A stretch of 64,000 nt of DNA from Chrysomallon squamiferum (taxonomy: Eukaryota > Animalia > Mollusca), in NCBI GenBank assembly GCA_012295275.1, contig CM022679.1, positions 7,812,001 through 7,876,000 on the forward strand, written 5' to 3'. The first letter of the stretch is position 1. The number at the start of each line of letters is the position of its first letter. The notes under the pieces were generated by a model, which was not told where the DNA came from, did not search any database, and was given only the letters and a program-made list of their open reading frames with translations. This document shows, in pieces, positions 9,886-22,686 of this stretch. The translations under genes and the position numbers were made by a program.

Positions 9886-11459
9886 CAGAATACATTCATT
9901 GTACTGTTTTGTAGTACAGTTTGTTATGTTTATGATTTTTAATTCGCTATTTATCGCAAGAATTTTTAAAGCAAAACACGAAGTTAGTTTATTTCTGATC
10001 GTATTCATATTATAATGTATATACTTTAGAAATCCGAACACTGGAGAAAACTATGCATCCCAAAAGTTACTAAAAATTAAAACATAGCTTCTATCATTTT
10101 AAATAGCAGAGGTTCTTTTATATGTTTGTTACTCTTTTTTTCTTACTTTCTTACTTTCTTTTTTTTTTTTTTTTAATTTTAGGCAAGCAATATACATTTG
10201 TGGACATAACTTTTGTTATAAATTTACACGCCATTGGTATTAATAGCGACGACATGTACGATGTTAGAAATATCGAACTTTGACCTTCCTGGGTGCTAAA
10301 AATAGCCTTGCTAAAAATAGTCGGTGTTGAGCAAAGGCGACACCGCCTTCAGATGAGCGCTTCGTAGAGCGACACCGCTTTAGCTTTAGGGATGTTCACA
10401 AAGTTCGCTTACCCCCACCACGTTTAACACTCTCATACAAGATTGGCATTGGTCTTCTCTGAAAATTTCATCAAGAAAGCTTGATTATTAACAAAGATAG
10501 ATGGGAAAATGTTAAAATATTACTATTTTTGGTCACAGACCTCTAATGACTTATATAGCGTTTAATCGGACGAAAAAAATTGCTTTTTCGGGGGTTTAAA
10601 ATTGCTGCTACTTCCTTAATTTTTTACATATTCACTTGATCTTGGTATCATTTTAAAGTGGTTTACAAGCTCTACCCAACTGTCTTATTTATTTTCAGAT
10701 TAGTGGGGTTTGAAAAATTTATCCACATACCTACTATACATGTATATTTAAACAGAACCAAATATGCTCAGTGATACTCATCTATAGAGAAATGCAAACA
10801 CTTTCACTGAAAATGAATGCAAATAGAATAAAACAATATTTGCAATAATATTTTTATGCTGTTATTTGAAAATTAATTATGAAAGCAGAATGACTGTACA
10901 AATGTTATTAAGTTTGCATGTGATATGTATTGCATTTGCTTACTTTGATACAAGTAACAATAATAGAGAGTAGAAGTGAATATATTTTACAATACTTTTT
11001 AACATTCATTAGAAGGATCTACATTCTGAATATACTATAATGTATACTGAGTATAATTAATGAATTCTTATAAAATGCAATGTCATGAATATGTAATATT
11101 TAAATAATTTATTAATTATTATTTTTAATCTTTTCATTTTTGACATTGCGATTTGTATTAATAATGTTATGCAGGAGCATATTTTACATAACTGTGACTT
11201 TAATAGTTTTAGTATCTCAAACATTAATGAGTGATTACAAATTAAATCGGTACGATAAAATTAGAACAATTCAGTATTCACCTGTTCACCCTTCACTATC
11301 ACTGGCTTCAGTTATTTTATTATAACTTAATTCATTCATTTACCTGATATAAATATATATATAACTTCCTGATTTACTGTATACTGACTATTTAACCATA
11401 ATACGTGACCAGGGTGATGGCTAGAAGAAAATCAATATTTGTGTTAATTCTTTACTTAC

Positions 11460-11600
11460 CTTTCATACTCATCGTCTCATGATACTGATATCACTATTGA
11501 CTGTGATCACAATCTATGACTCGAACGAGTCATACTGATGTTTTGAACAAAATTAACATAAATAAAAGAAGAATAACAGATTAACGAGTTGAACGTGTTA
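11460..11600 (-). other. Probable non-coding (5'UTR) first exon of the ABCA3-like gene
   Basis: Consensus AAAG|GTAAGT donor on the minus strand at 11460/11459, at the edge of the CpG-containing promoter zone. The coding exon has an upstream acceptor near 5407 that needs a partner. 5' boundary approximate. Confidence 0.55.
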
Positions 11601-12126
11601 ACTGTGGTGCGCACACCGTACAAATAATACGTGACACAACAACCGCTGACAACTCAAAAGCGAAACAGCTTTCGTGCTCTACTTTAGTATTTAGCTATTG
11701 CAGAAGAACAAAAGCACGTGATTAGGCGTTTCTTTAAAAAAGGAAACTAAAGCATAGCATTCGGGTAATCTCGGTTATTTCCGGAAAGAATGAAAACTGG
11801 TGAGAATATTTTACATAGTGTTTAACAGGCTGCACACTAGAGTAATAAAAAGTGATAAAATAAAGAATAATAATAAAATTAAATAATATTTACTTTTAAC
11901 AACAAGCGCAGGAAAACGAACACTATCAGTATCAGTGTTTATTAAACGAACATTACGGAAGTTTGATATAACCTTGACCGTAAACCGGAACTGAAAATAT
12001 AGGATATGTTTATGTTTATGTAGATTTGTATCGCTATCTGTCAAAAACAAAAGTTTATAGGATATTTGCACTTAATTTGTTAATCGAATAATACAACCCT
12101 GGCTTTATCCGTCAGCACGCCTGGTT
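11580..12126. promoter_or_regulatory. Putative bidirectional promoter shared by ABCA3-like and SPSB3
   Basis: Locally CpG-rich sequence between head-to-head genes. Motifs: GTGCGCAC palindrome (11607-11614), TACGTGAC (11628), CACGTG E-box (11715-11720), TTTCCGGAAA (11778-11787), ETS-type ACGGAAGT (11955-11962). Confidence 0.55.
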
Positions 12127-12451
12127 ATGGCGTTTACAGACCGAGGAGAAGGCACTCCGCCACTCAGGACATCACGAAATGATTTCAGTTCTGCTGCCTC
12201 GAGTTCCAGCAGTTCAGGCAGTTCTGTAAGTGTTAACAGAAGTATCGAGTCAATTGCATATGCCGAATTAGAATCAGACGAAGAATCAGACACTGATGAT
12301 AAGACTTTTCCCTGCGTTCCTGATTGTTCTCAAACAGATTCACATTCATCAAGGACGATGTCGGCTGCAAGACCAGTGAAAGCTGAGACGTTTTGTGAAT
12401 GTTTAAAGAGAGGCAAAGAAAAATACTGCAAGTGTGGAGAAGAGGATTCAT
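12127..12451 (+). CDS. SPSB3: SPSB3 (SPRY domain-containing SOCS box protein 3) exon 1
   Basis: Ser/acidic N-terminus ending CKCGEEDS; GTACGT donor, phase 1. Joins to give CKCGEEDSYFDWVWD, like vertebrate SPSB3 (CxCGEED.YFDWVWD). Model join(12127-12451,13022-13209,13853-14081,14755-15125) = 1113 nt, 370 aa. Confidence 0.88.
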
Positions 12452-13021
12452 GTACGTCTATGATTTTCCCCTTTCTGAAAAGTTTAAATCACAAATCGAT
12501 TTCAACCAAAACTATACATTAAACATAATTTAGACTTACAAATTTCAAAATAATTCTGATCTAAAGAGAGCAATCTTACAGATTAGCCTTTTCCTGGCTT
12601 TTTGCCTATGCCTTGTCAGCAGATGTTTTACCAAATATTTTGCTACAGTTATTTGTTCTGCTGCAAATAAAAGTATTTTATATAAAGCTCAGTTACCAAC
12701 ATGACAAATTAAATTATGCTTGGACATCTTTATATGACCTTTTTAACTTTTTATATTTGCCTGCCAGCAGAACAACAGAAAACGTCAAAATATTTAGCAA
12801 AACCTACTCTGACAAATGATATTCCTTACAGTGCAAGATTAATTATTCTGATCATCTTTCTTCTTACCACAATGCCCATATTTTAATTTATAGTTTTTCT
12901 TCTTCTTTTTAACCTAAAAAATTTATTTTAATTAAATTTGTTCCAACTTATTCTTTGTTATTTCTTTCACAAATTTATTATCAATGTTAATATTAAGTTT
13001 TATATATATATATGTATGTAG

Positions 13022-13209
13022 ATTTTGATTGGGTGTGGGATGATGAGAGTAAGTCCCTAGCCAGCTGTCTTCGTGATGATAACAGAGAAGTTGTATTTCA
13101 CGTGGACTACAGCTGTGGCACTGCAGCTGTGAGAGGCTCAGTTCCTATGAAAGATGATCAGTATTTCTGGGAAGTTAAGATGACAACACCAGTATATGGA
13201 ACCGATATG
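13022..13209 (+). CDS. SPSB3: SPSB3 exon 2 (FDWVWDD...[14 protein letters not shown]...[15 protein letters not shown])
   Basis: SPSB3 SPRY motifs YSCGTAAxRG and FWExKMTxPVYGTDM. AG/GT boundaries, phase 1-0. Confidence 0.96.
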
Positions 13210-13784
13210 GTAAAACAGTTTGTTTACATTTTAATTACTCTATTAAAATTAATTGTGCATTTTAAGTGCTGGTTGAAACAGCTTGAATTTTTGCTATATC
13301 ATTGTATGTGTTGGGCCAAAACAGAACATACTGAGCTTTAACGCCTCAAGTACATATTGAAACTTTCTAGAAATTTACATCATTTAAGTTAGGTGTGTTT
13401 TCTGTTATTGGCCAGAATATCAAGTTAATAATATATCTTGTAATTTCTGCATAAGCCTGATAAGACCAGAATCAAAATTTGATATAGATAAATTATATTT
13501 TGTTGGTACTTCTAAGCTCTTGCTTTTACTGCTAGGTTCCAGAATTTCAGAGCCATGATGCCCAAATGATTACTTTATGAAAGTTTGCATTAAACTGAAT
13601 GACAGACTAGATAATATTGATGTATTTGGATCAGTTTAAAAACTGCTTGTTTGCAGACCATGAATGCAAAGAATAAATAGGTTGAGACCCAGAAGGAAAT
13701 ATTTGATTAGTATAATTTTATGTGTTATGTCAGTTTTGATCCAGTCAACATTGAAGTTAATATTAATACTAACACAAAAAAAAT

Positions 13785-13825
<41 letters not shown>

Positions 13826-13852
13826 TTGTTCTTGTATGTTCTGTGTTTACAG

Positions 13853-14081
13853 ATGGTTGGAGTGGGGACAGGTCACATAGACCTGAATCGTTACAGACAC
13901 ATGTTTTGTAGTATGGTCGGACGTGACAGTGAGAGTTGGGGACTTTCATACACTGGCCAACTACAACACAAAGGAGAAAAAAGACAGTACTCTGCAAAGT
14001 TTGGCCAGAGCTCTATCATAGGTGTTCATCTCGATATGTGGCATGGAACTTTATCATTCTATAAGAATAGAAAACCATTAG
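13853..14081 (+). CDS. SPSB3: SPSB3 exon 3 (MVGVGT...SWGLSYTG...[22 protein letters not shown])
   Basis: SPRY core motifs SWGLSY and GVHLDxWHGTLxFxKN. TTACAG acceptor, GTAAT donor, phase 0-1. Confidence 0.96.
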
Positions 14082-14634
14082 GTAATTTTTTGTTTTATAT
14101 TTTGATGATAATGGAATAAAAAAAGGGATTTTTTGTTTGTGTTTTTTTTCAATATAAAACATTTAATAGTTATAAGCTTTAATAATTTATTTATTTATTA
14201 CAGTATTTTTGTTTTATTTTAAATTAATTACTGCTTGAAATGGATTTGCTACTGATATGTTTCTTTTTTATTACTTACTATGTAGTAAGTGGTTAATAAA
14301 TTCACTGAAGGTTGTTTTGGCTATATACTTAATATTTTTCACTTTTTTTTAGTTAGATGTTCATTTTATAATTTTTAAACTGTCTTTAAGTTTACTAGGG
14401 TGCCTTCAAAACAGAAGTTTCATGTCAGAAACTGAACGCATGTCAAAATGCTTGTATGCTTCTGTCAATTTTCAATTTACCAATGAAAATTTTATTATTA
14501 TTATTTCAGCTTATATTCTGAGTTTTGTGAATAAATATTTTGAAGTGTATTAAATTACATATATATATATAAAACCACATCAGAATATTTGCATAAAATT
14601 AAATAAGAAGTAATTAAATACATTTGCTATTAGA

Positions 14635-14702
<68 letters not shown>

Positions 14703-14754
14703 CATCATCATTATTTTAGTATTTCTGGTCAACATTTTTATTCCGGCATTGTAG

Positions 14755-15125
14755 GTATTGCATACAAAGGACTCCAGGGTAAGACCTTGTACCCAATGGT
14801 GTCATCGACCGCAGCAAGAAGTGGCATGAAAATGATAACCAGTCGATCATTCCGAACATCCTTGCAGTTCATGTGCTGCCAGGAACTGCGCAGGCTGGTG
14901 CCGGAGCACATGGCTGTTCTAGACGCGGTGCCACTGCCCCCGGGATTAAAGGCGTTCCTCGAGAACAACATGGGCTGGATGCTGCAGCCGTACTGCATGG
15001 CCAAAGTGAACGTTCCGAAGAAAAGACCGTACTCTAACATGGATGGCGTGGACCAGGCCAAGGAGGACGAGAAGGATGGATGTCCACCAAGTAAATGTGC
15101 CAGCAGCTCACGATGTAGTTCGTGA
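14755..15125 (+). CDS. SPSB3: SPSB3 exon 4 (GIAYKGL...LYPMVSSTAARS...SLQFMCC SOCS box...LPPGLKAFL) with stop
   Basis: YPMVxSTAARS motif and SOCS box (SLQxxCC...LPPGL). TGA at 15123-15125. Confidence 0.95.
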
Positions 15126-18100
15126 GTCAGTTCGAACTTTTGCATATTTCATGAGAAAATGTTTCACTTCTTTGTGGAGAGATCAAAAAAAAAAAAAGAG
15201 AGCAGAAAGGACAGGATTTTTTTTTTTTTTTTAAATTTAATGTTATTATTAATGCTTTTTTTTTTTTTTTTTTTAAATTATTGTTACTATATATATTTTT
15301 TTTTTATGTAAGGTTTTGATTTTTTTTTTTTAACAAATACAATAACATTCTGTGTAGTAAGGTAATAACTCAAGTAACATCTTGATTATTTTTATTTAAA
15401 AAAAAAACCCAAAACAATAAAAGTAAAAAAAGAAGATAAATAAGCCCATGTCTCAATCTGTTTGTTTAAATGTGCTTCCATGATGTTTTTTTAAAAACAC
15501 GCAAGTTGACATAAAAAATTATTTTGATTGTTAAAAAACAAAACAAAAAAAAAGTCTCACCAAGTATGTTCATTTTAAGTAAACTCTGCACCCATTTCAG
15601 TTAAAGAATTGTAGAATATAACATTGTTACTGTACATTTCTTCTTTTTTTAAAAATAAAAACAGTTACTGTTACCATTAGTTTAACAGTAAATCAGTATA
15701 TTTATAGCAGTTACAGGTTGTCAAGAATAGGTCATGAAGTATGTTATTTTTAATGTCGTGCTATTTTGGATAAATGTGTTGTAATTTGTACTTACATTTA
15801 TTTATAAAGTATGTCTGGAACAAGATTTAATGATTCAGAAATATTTTTTTAATTCATTTTGAGCAGTTGTTTACATTATTTTAATTGAGTTTGACTGTTG
15901 GTGAAATTTCATCTTGATCCTTTGTTTCAAATGTAGACATCTGTTTTTATTTTATTTATTTATTGTATTATTTTTCTTCTTATTATTAATATTATTTTTG
16001 ATTTTAATTTTTTTTTTTTTTTTTTTCCAGTTACTTAGTGTGTGATTTTTTCCAGATTTTAGCAAAACTGAAAATAAAACTTTATTTCTGTGAAATGTTC
16101 TTAACCTTGGAAAGAATATTGTATTATTTAACTTTTTGATAATTGAGTGAAAAAAAAAATAATTTGCAAAATTATTATTTTTTTTTTTATTACCTTTCAC
16201 AGTGTTGCATGATAGAAATTTACATTCAGAGATTAGTCGAATAGTCTGATTTTTAGTATTAAGTTAATTACACTGTTTAGTCCTATTCCACTTAGTACTG
16301 ATAATTTATTGGTTTACAGTTAGTGTCTGTGTTTTTGCATTTATTATGTTATTGCATTTATTATTTATATGTTATTCTGAAAAGGAGAGAAAAAATTAAT
16401 GATTTTAATTTTGAGAAAAAAACATTTGGATAATGAGACACTCACTACTGAGTTGCTGTTTATATTATGTATATTTGAATGTAATACCAGTTTTAAAAAA
16501 ACCTATACTGTAATGAAAATAGCTTTTTATTCATTTATAACGTCATTAGTTAAAACGTTTTCTTGTTTTTACTGTTAAATCTGCAACTGGTTTGTGAATG
16601 CAAGTGTGTACCTCAGAAAACAGGTGATGTTGTATTCTTGCCATGAGTAAAATGATGTTAACACTGTAATATTACTTCACATAAAAGTGTGTGTGTGCAA
16701 CATCCACATTGCTTTTCATTATATTTGTGATTGAGGTTTTTTTTGTGTTTTAAAAAAAAAAAAATTCATTTTAATAATGACAGATTAACATTTGTGGGTT
16801 TTTTGTTTTTCATTCTGTATGTCTGTATACATATACATACATACAAAATATTGTCAGTAACCATAGTATGTTTTTGTACATTTGCATTAATTTTCTTAAT
16901 TTACATACTGAACATGTATAAAAAAAGAGGTGATTGTGAAACATTGAAATAATAATATATGGTGAGCTACTTACAATAATTTCCATTGGTCAGCATGAAA
17001 ATTTCATTTGAAATGACTGTGAAAAACATAGTTCATACTTAACAAATGTTCAAGTGTAAGAGATACATAACATTTTCACTTTTAATTTGTCTCATAACTG
17101 TATAAATTATTACAGTATTAAAATTCATGTTTTGTCTTGTGCATGATGTACATACTGCTTAATTTAAAGCACACAGTATTTGTGAAAGATCTCTGAAACC
17201 TTTCAGATTTGAATTACTGTTTATTTTTTAAGCTTTGAATCTGTATATAGCCTAATGCAATAAATCTGAAGGCACGAAATTTTCTAAAAAGTAAAAAAAA
17301 AAAAAAAAAATATTTACCTTTTAAAATTTACATTTGTTTCCTTTTCATGTTAAAATTCATGTCTTCAGTAAGCATAATAATGGCAGAGAAAGGATAATAT
17401 TGATGCAAGTCACAGATGTTTGTTTCAGGATATTTAATTATTTTATTATTCTTATATATATAAATTTAGATCTTTTATTTTTTTTTATGTAAAATATTTA
17501 TTCAACTTCTGCAGAGATATAAAAGAGATTTACATGAAAATATTTAGATGTTTTGTTATTGTTTAATTAATTAATTAAAAAAGGTTCTTTCATACACACA
17601 CAAGTATACTCATGAAGAAAAGAAGAAGATGTGGAAATCTAAGAAAAGTAAAGGAAATACAGAAAAATGTTATCCAAATCAGTGAAAACTAAGTTGGGAC
17701 ATTTCTTTCATATATATATGTGTGTGTGTACGTATGTGTGTGCATATATGTAACACACAGAGGCATATATACACCTATGCAGTCTAGTGTACATGTGCAG
17801 CAATATATTTATTATATACATGTGATGCATAAGAACATAATGTGAAGGACTGTAATTTGGTTGCTATGTAAACATCAACATGATCTTTATTTCCACCAGT
17901 TTGATAATTCAGAATTTTAGATGGCTACAGCTGTTTGGTCATGCAGCAGATATTCTGTTAATCTATCCCAAATTTGGTTATTAATCTTTATTAGCAGTTT
18001 CATCTGAAGGTTATAATTATATCTGTAATACGAGTTAATCCATATCCCAGGAACTGTATACTAAGGGTAATAATTTTAATTGTGTCTGTAGCAAAAAAAA

Positions 18101-21100
18101 TAATATTAACAGTCATTATGCAATATTAATATTTACTAATAAGATAAGTCACTGTTGAGTTCTTTTATCTCTGAAAAACACAAGAACAAAAAACAACAGA
18201 TCATAACCTTTTAACATTTTTAAAAGACTGAATGTCAGTTTATCTTTAGTGTTTGCTGTTTTTTTTTGTTTTTTTTCCTGAATATTGGGATTTGATTTTA
18301 CTGATTTTAAGATGAGTTCAAACTGAAAAATAAAGCAATGAGAAATTTATCATTCCTTATGTTTGTGTAATAAAACAGTTCATACTATATAATTATACTG
18401 TTGCAAAAAACTTCTTAATAGATAACACCACCAGTATTAATTCCATTATTTTAATTCCATTATTTTATTAAGAAATAATCTTAAAAACTGAGACCAAAAA
18501 TGCACAGATATGATTACTATAAAATGCACCCCCCCCCCATTTAAAAATAACTGATTAATAACATTCATGAAAACAAAAAATGAATAATCATGCAAAAAAA
18601 GCCTTCTATGATCATGTAATGATAAACATTTCAGATAAAAACATGTTTTTATTTTTTAGAGTAATATAAATAATAATAATGTATAACTAATAATTACCAA
18701 AAAAAAAAGAAGAAATATTTAGTCTATGGAAGAATTCAAACAGCTAAAAGGTATAACAAAATAAGAGATGTTTCATACATTGTATTATAAAGTCGAAGTT
18801 AATTTTCTCAGTTTAAACTATTCATTTCAGGGAAATCATTTCTAATTCTTCAATACTTCTGAAAATATAAGTAATATATTTTATACCAAAAGTTTTATAC
18901 AATTTGTATAACACATATGTTTTCCAACATATTTTACACTATACATGGTAATTTAGATAACATTTTATACCATCTGTCTTGGATAATATTTTATTCCATA
19001 TACTTTAGACAATATATTTTATATTAAGCTCCATCTTTTGCACTGGAAAAAATAGTTAAAATATTTCTGTATTTTGCAGTTATTTCTGAACAATTCTAAA
19101 TCGTCATGTTAATACATAAGAAACTGATTTGTTCTTCCAATTAATTAATTTTTTATTTTTTATTTTTTATTGCAATGCAAAAGTTTTTAACTGTAACTGA
19201 AAAACATCCATCCAGCTATTTGTTAGAAAACTTTAAGTTAAATAGCACAAGAGTTGCATATTTTGTTTTTACTAAAGCACCAAACGAAGTCTGCATGAAA
19301 ACCAAGGAATAAACTGCTCATTAAAAATGAAAAACAAAATGGTATTCTCAACTGCAACATGAGTAACAAAAACAATAATTTTCAGTAACAAAAAACATTT
19401 AAAAGAAATGGCTATTAAAACACAATGTTAAAATATTTACATCTGACTGTGCTTATAAAATACATATTCACAGATTAATCTTAAACTGATCAAAAATGGC
19501 AAAACATTTTCAGTTTTTAAACATTTGTCACAAACTGGTTAAAAGCTATAAATATTCAAAAAATAATAATAAAAAGATCATGGAAAAATAATGGATATTA
19601 TAAATAAAAATATACAGATTAATAAATGAAAATAAGTTAATTTCAGTTAAACTGATTCAGAATTTACTTAATCTGCAATGATATCACTTGGATACTAAAT
19701 TAATATAAAAAAAATATATATATAAAAAAAATACAGATGTTGAGTATTATTAAATTAAGAACACTGATTTCCATAAAATGAATTAAATAATAATTATAAA
19801 ATTAAGAAAATAATAAAGTCCACAGCACAACTGTACAGTAATATAAACTATTTGCTTTCTTAAAGATATGTAAAATATTAAGCTATTTACAAAAATCCTT
19901 TACACAATATTTCATATATCAGTTTTATAAAAGGCATTTAGATCATTTATTTCATAAAGAGCAGTGAAAACAGTCCTTCATGATGCAAGCAAACACTGCA
20001 CGACATAAACCAGCAAACAGCAACACAAACTCCACACAAAAAGTCTAATGATGAGTATAATTTTCCTCCACGCAAAAGATTTCCAACCAAGAACCTCAAT
20101 TTTCAACAACTCATACCTAAAATATCATACAAAAATGTCCAATCATTTGTTTGAACAATATGGAATTAAAGAATGAATTAAAACAAAAATATTTCATTTT
20201 GAAGTTACATCATATGTTTGTTTTTTCTTAAATTAAAGATGTATAAAAAGCAGTTATACTGCTTTTTCAAATCTTAAAAACAAAGTCAACTGAAAATTGT
20301 TATCCATAACAGAGAAAAACAAAAATCTGCACACAAAATTTTATATATCATGATTATTTACACTAATTTTTAGGAAAAGAAATTGTCATAATAAAGCACT
20401 GTTAATTTATATAGCAAATATAGTGTCACAGCTAACACAGGAATTTAATTGTCTTACATAACAATAAAATAAGGTTTGACATTTGAAACTTGCATGATCT
20501 TAAATGCCTTTTCATTAACAGTTAAAATATTTTCTATTCACAAAAACAGAGGCACATAAAGACAAAATAAAAAGGCATTTAAAGAATGTTTCAAATCTAG
20601 AAAAAATTATTTACCTTTGGAATATAAAGAGATATTTTTTCCTTTCATAATCAATGTAATAATTGTTAAAGTTGATATTCAAAAATGGCCTACATGCACA
20701 GTTATAAATTAATATGCTAAGAAATGTTTTAAATCTCTCTCTCTAAATGACATCTCAAATTTGTTACTTTACTATCATACTTCATTATCATAAAAGACTG
20801 GATACCTGAACTAAACACAAAAGTCACTTGGAAGTATAAAAAAGATATTAATCTTGTTGTTAACATTAACAAAGATACACTTTTGGGGAAAAAAATTATC
20901 AAATGAATACATTCTATTCGGAACACATGTAAAATGCTTTTAGCAGAAACAAAATGAGAATATTAGCAAAATGTAAAAATGAGAATGGTTGAGACCAGGT
21001 TGAATGCTTGGATTGCAGTTTTGGATATACAAAAATACATCAATTGCACTCAAAAATATCATATAACTATTATTTAGTGAACACAATGTGTGATACAGAA

Positions 21101-22639
21101 CACACCAAAATCAAAATAATTTAAAATAATATCTTCATTGTTAGTAGCAAAATACTGAAAAGTGAAAAAAATAATATATTATTGATTAATGAGAACACAG
21201 CAAAAAAACTGACAGCTTCAAAGTGTCTACAGACATTATAAAGTGTCTACAGACATAAAGTGTCTACAGATATAAAGTGCATCAATGAATGAACACTGAA
21301 TGAATGCATAGATTAAAATAAACTAAAATAAAGAAATATTTACTGTAAAATATGACAAAAATTCAAAAAAACAGAATGAGCAGTAATTTTTCTATGCACA
21401 CAAAATTTTACAAATTTTCAACTGAATATAGTCTGTCAACAAATTAAATGGTAATTTGTTTTGTGACCTCATTTTGAAAAGGAGGAAAGCATTAAGGAAG
21501 AATTTTGTTTTTCATTAATTTTTACAATGGTAAAACTAGCATGAAAGAAAAAAATCAATATCCTCATTTCTTTAGTAGGCAAGAAGATAATGGTTTTATT
21601 TGATGGAAATAGCTATTTAAAAGGAAACAGAAAAGCAACAACATAATTACTATTTCAAAAATATATCAAAACTAAACTAATCTGGATATTTCAAATAATA
21701 ATAATAATAAAAATAACCACACTGGTTTTATATGGTAATATTATTTACAAATATCAAAAGAAAAAATTCTGGAAATATGAAGAAACATAAATTTACATAA
21801 TGAGCTCCAATAACGTCAGTAACATTCACTCTTCAAAATTTTCTTAAAGACATCTGTACCAAACATTTAGGACACCTTTAAGAAATAATATTTTAAAATA
21901 AGTATTACCAACATATACAAAACAGAATATGGGGTTTAATTGAATTCCTTAACCTCTGTTTATTTTTTTTTAAAAATACAGAAAATTATAGATAAAACTC
22001 AACCAATGGCCGACTATATGTTTTTTGAGTAAAAAAAAAAACATGTCATCAGTAAAAAAAAAAAAAAATAATAATAAAATAAAAATGTAACTCGTATACA
22101 CACACAAGAGCAAATAAATGGATCGATACAAACAGCCATCCATACAGAGATATAAACTCAAACAAACAGAAGTAACTTTGCTTTTTTTCTTTACACATAA
22201 TTGGTATACATTGAGCAGTACTCATAGATGAAACATCTGCTGGAACTGAAAAAAAAATTGCACCAAGTGTGTTAACCCTGAAGTATCAATAAACAGATAT
22301 TAATGAATTTAAAAAAAAAAAAAAAAAAAAAAAAATTCTATTTAATACAATATATTTCTAGAATCTTAGTCTCTTCACTTAAGCATTCTACAGAAGTGCA
22401 TACATTTTAAAGATAATTCTAATTGCATCAAGTTTAGATCTGCTAAATGTAAATACCCACGTGTTATTTAAAAATAGCAAATGCTGAAGAGTTTGGTGTT
22501 TAAATCTAAGCTATTGGTAACCTTTATAAACTTTAACTAAAACATAATCAGTTATTTATTATTGTTATTATAGTAAATACTAGTTTACATATATAAGCTT
22601 TATCATAATCTAACTAAATCTTTTTATGGTCAGTTATCA

Positions 22640-22686
<47 letters not shown>

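Larger units (their letters stand above)
5639..10733 (+). mobile_element. Cut-and-paste DNA transposon, apparently non-autonomous (10-bp TIRs, 7-bp TSD; hAT/hATw-like or P-like)
   Basis: Left end TAGGTATGTG (5639-5648) and right end CACATACCTA (10724-10733) are perfect inverted repeats. CTATACA is directly duplicated at 5632-5638 and 10734-10740. The interior is CpG-richer than the flanks and has subterminal repeats. Confidence 0.88.

Noticed and set aside
14738-15145. Antisense ORFs over real exons (also 3270-3512, 4854-5252, 8137-8406, 12105-12451, 23878-24251)
   Set aside because: Shadows of GC-richer coding exons on the opposite strand.
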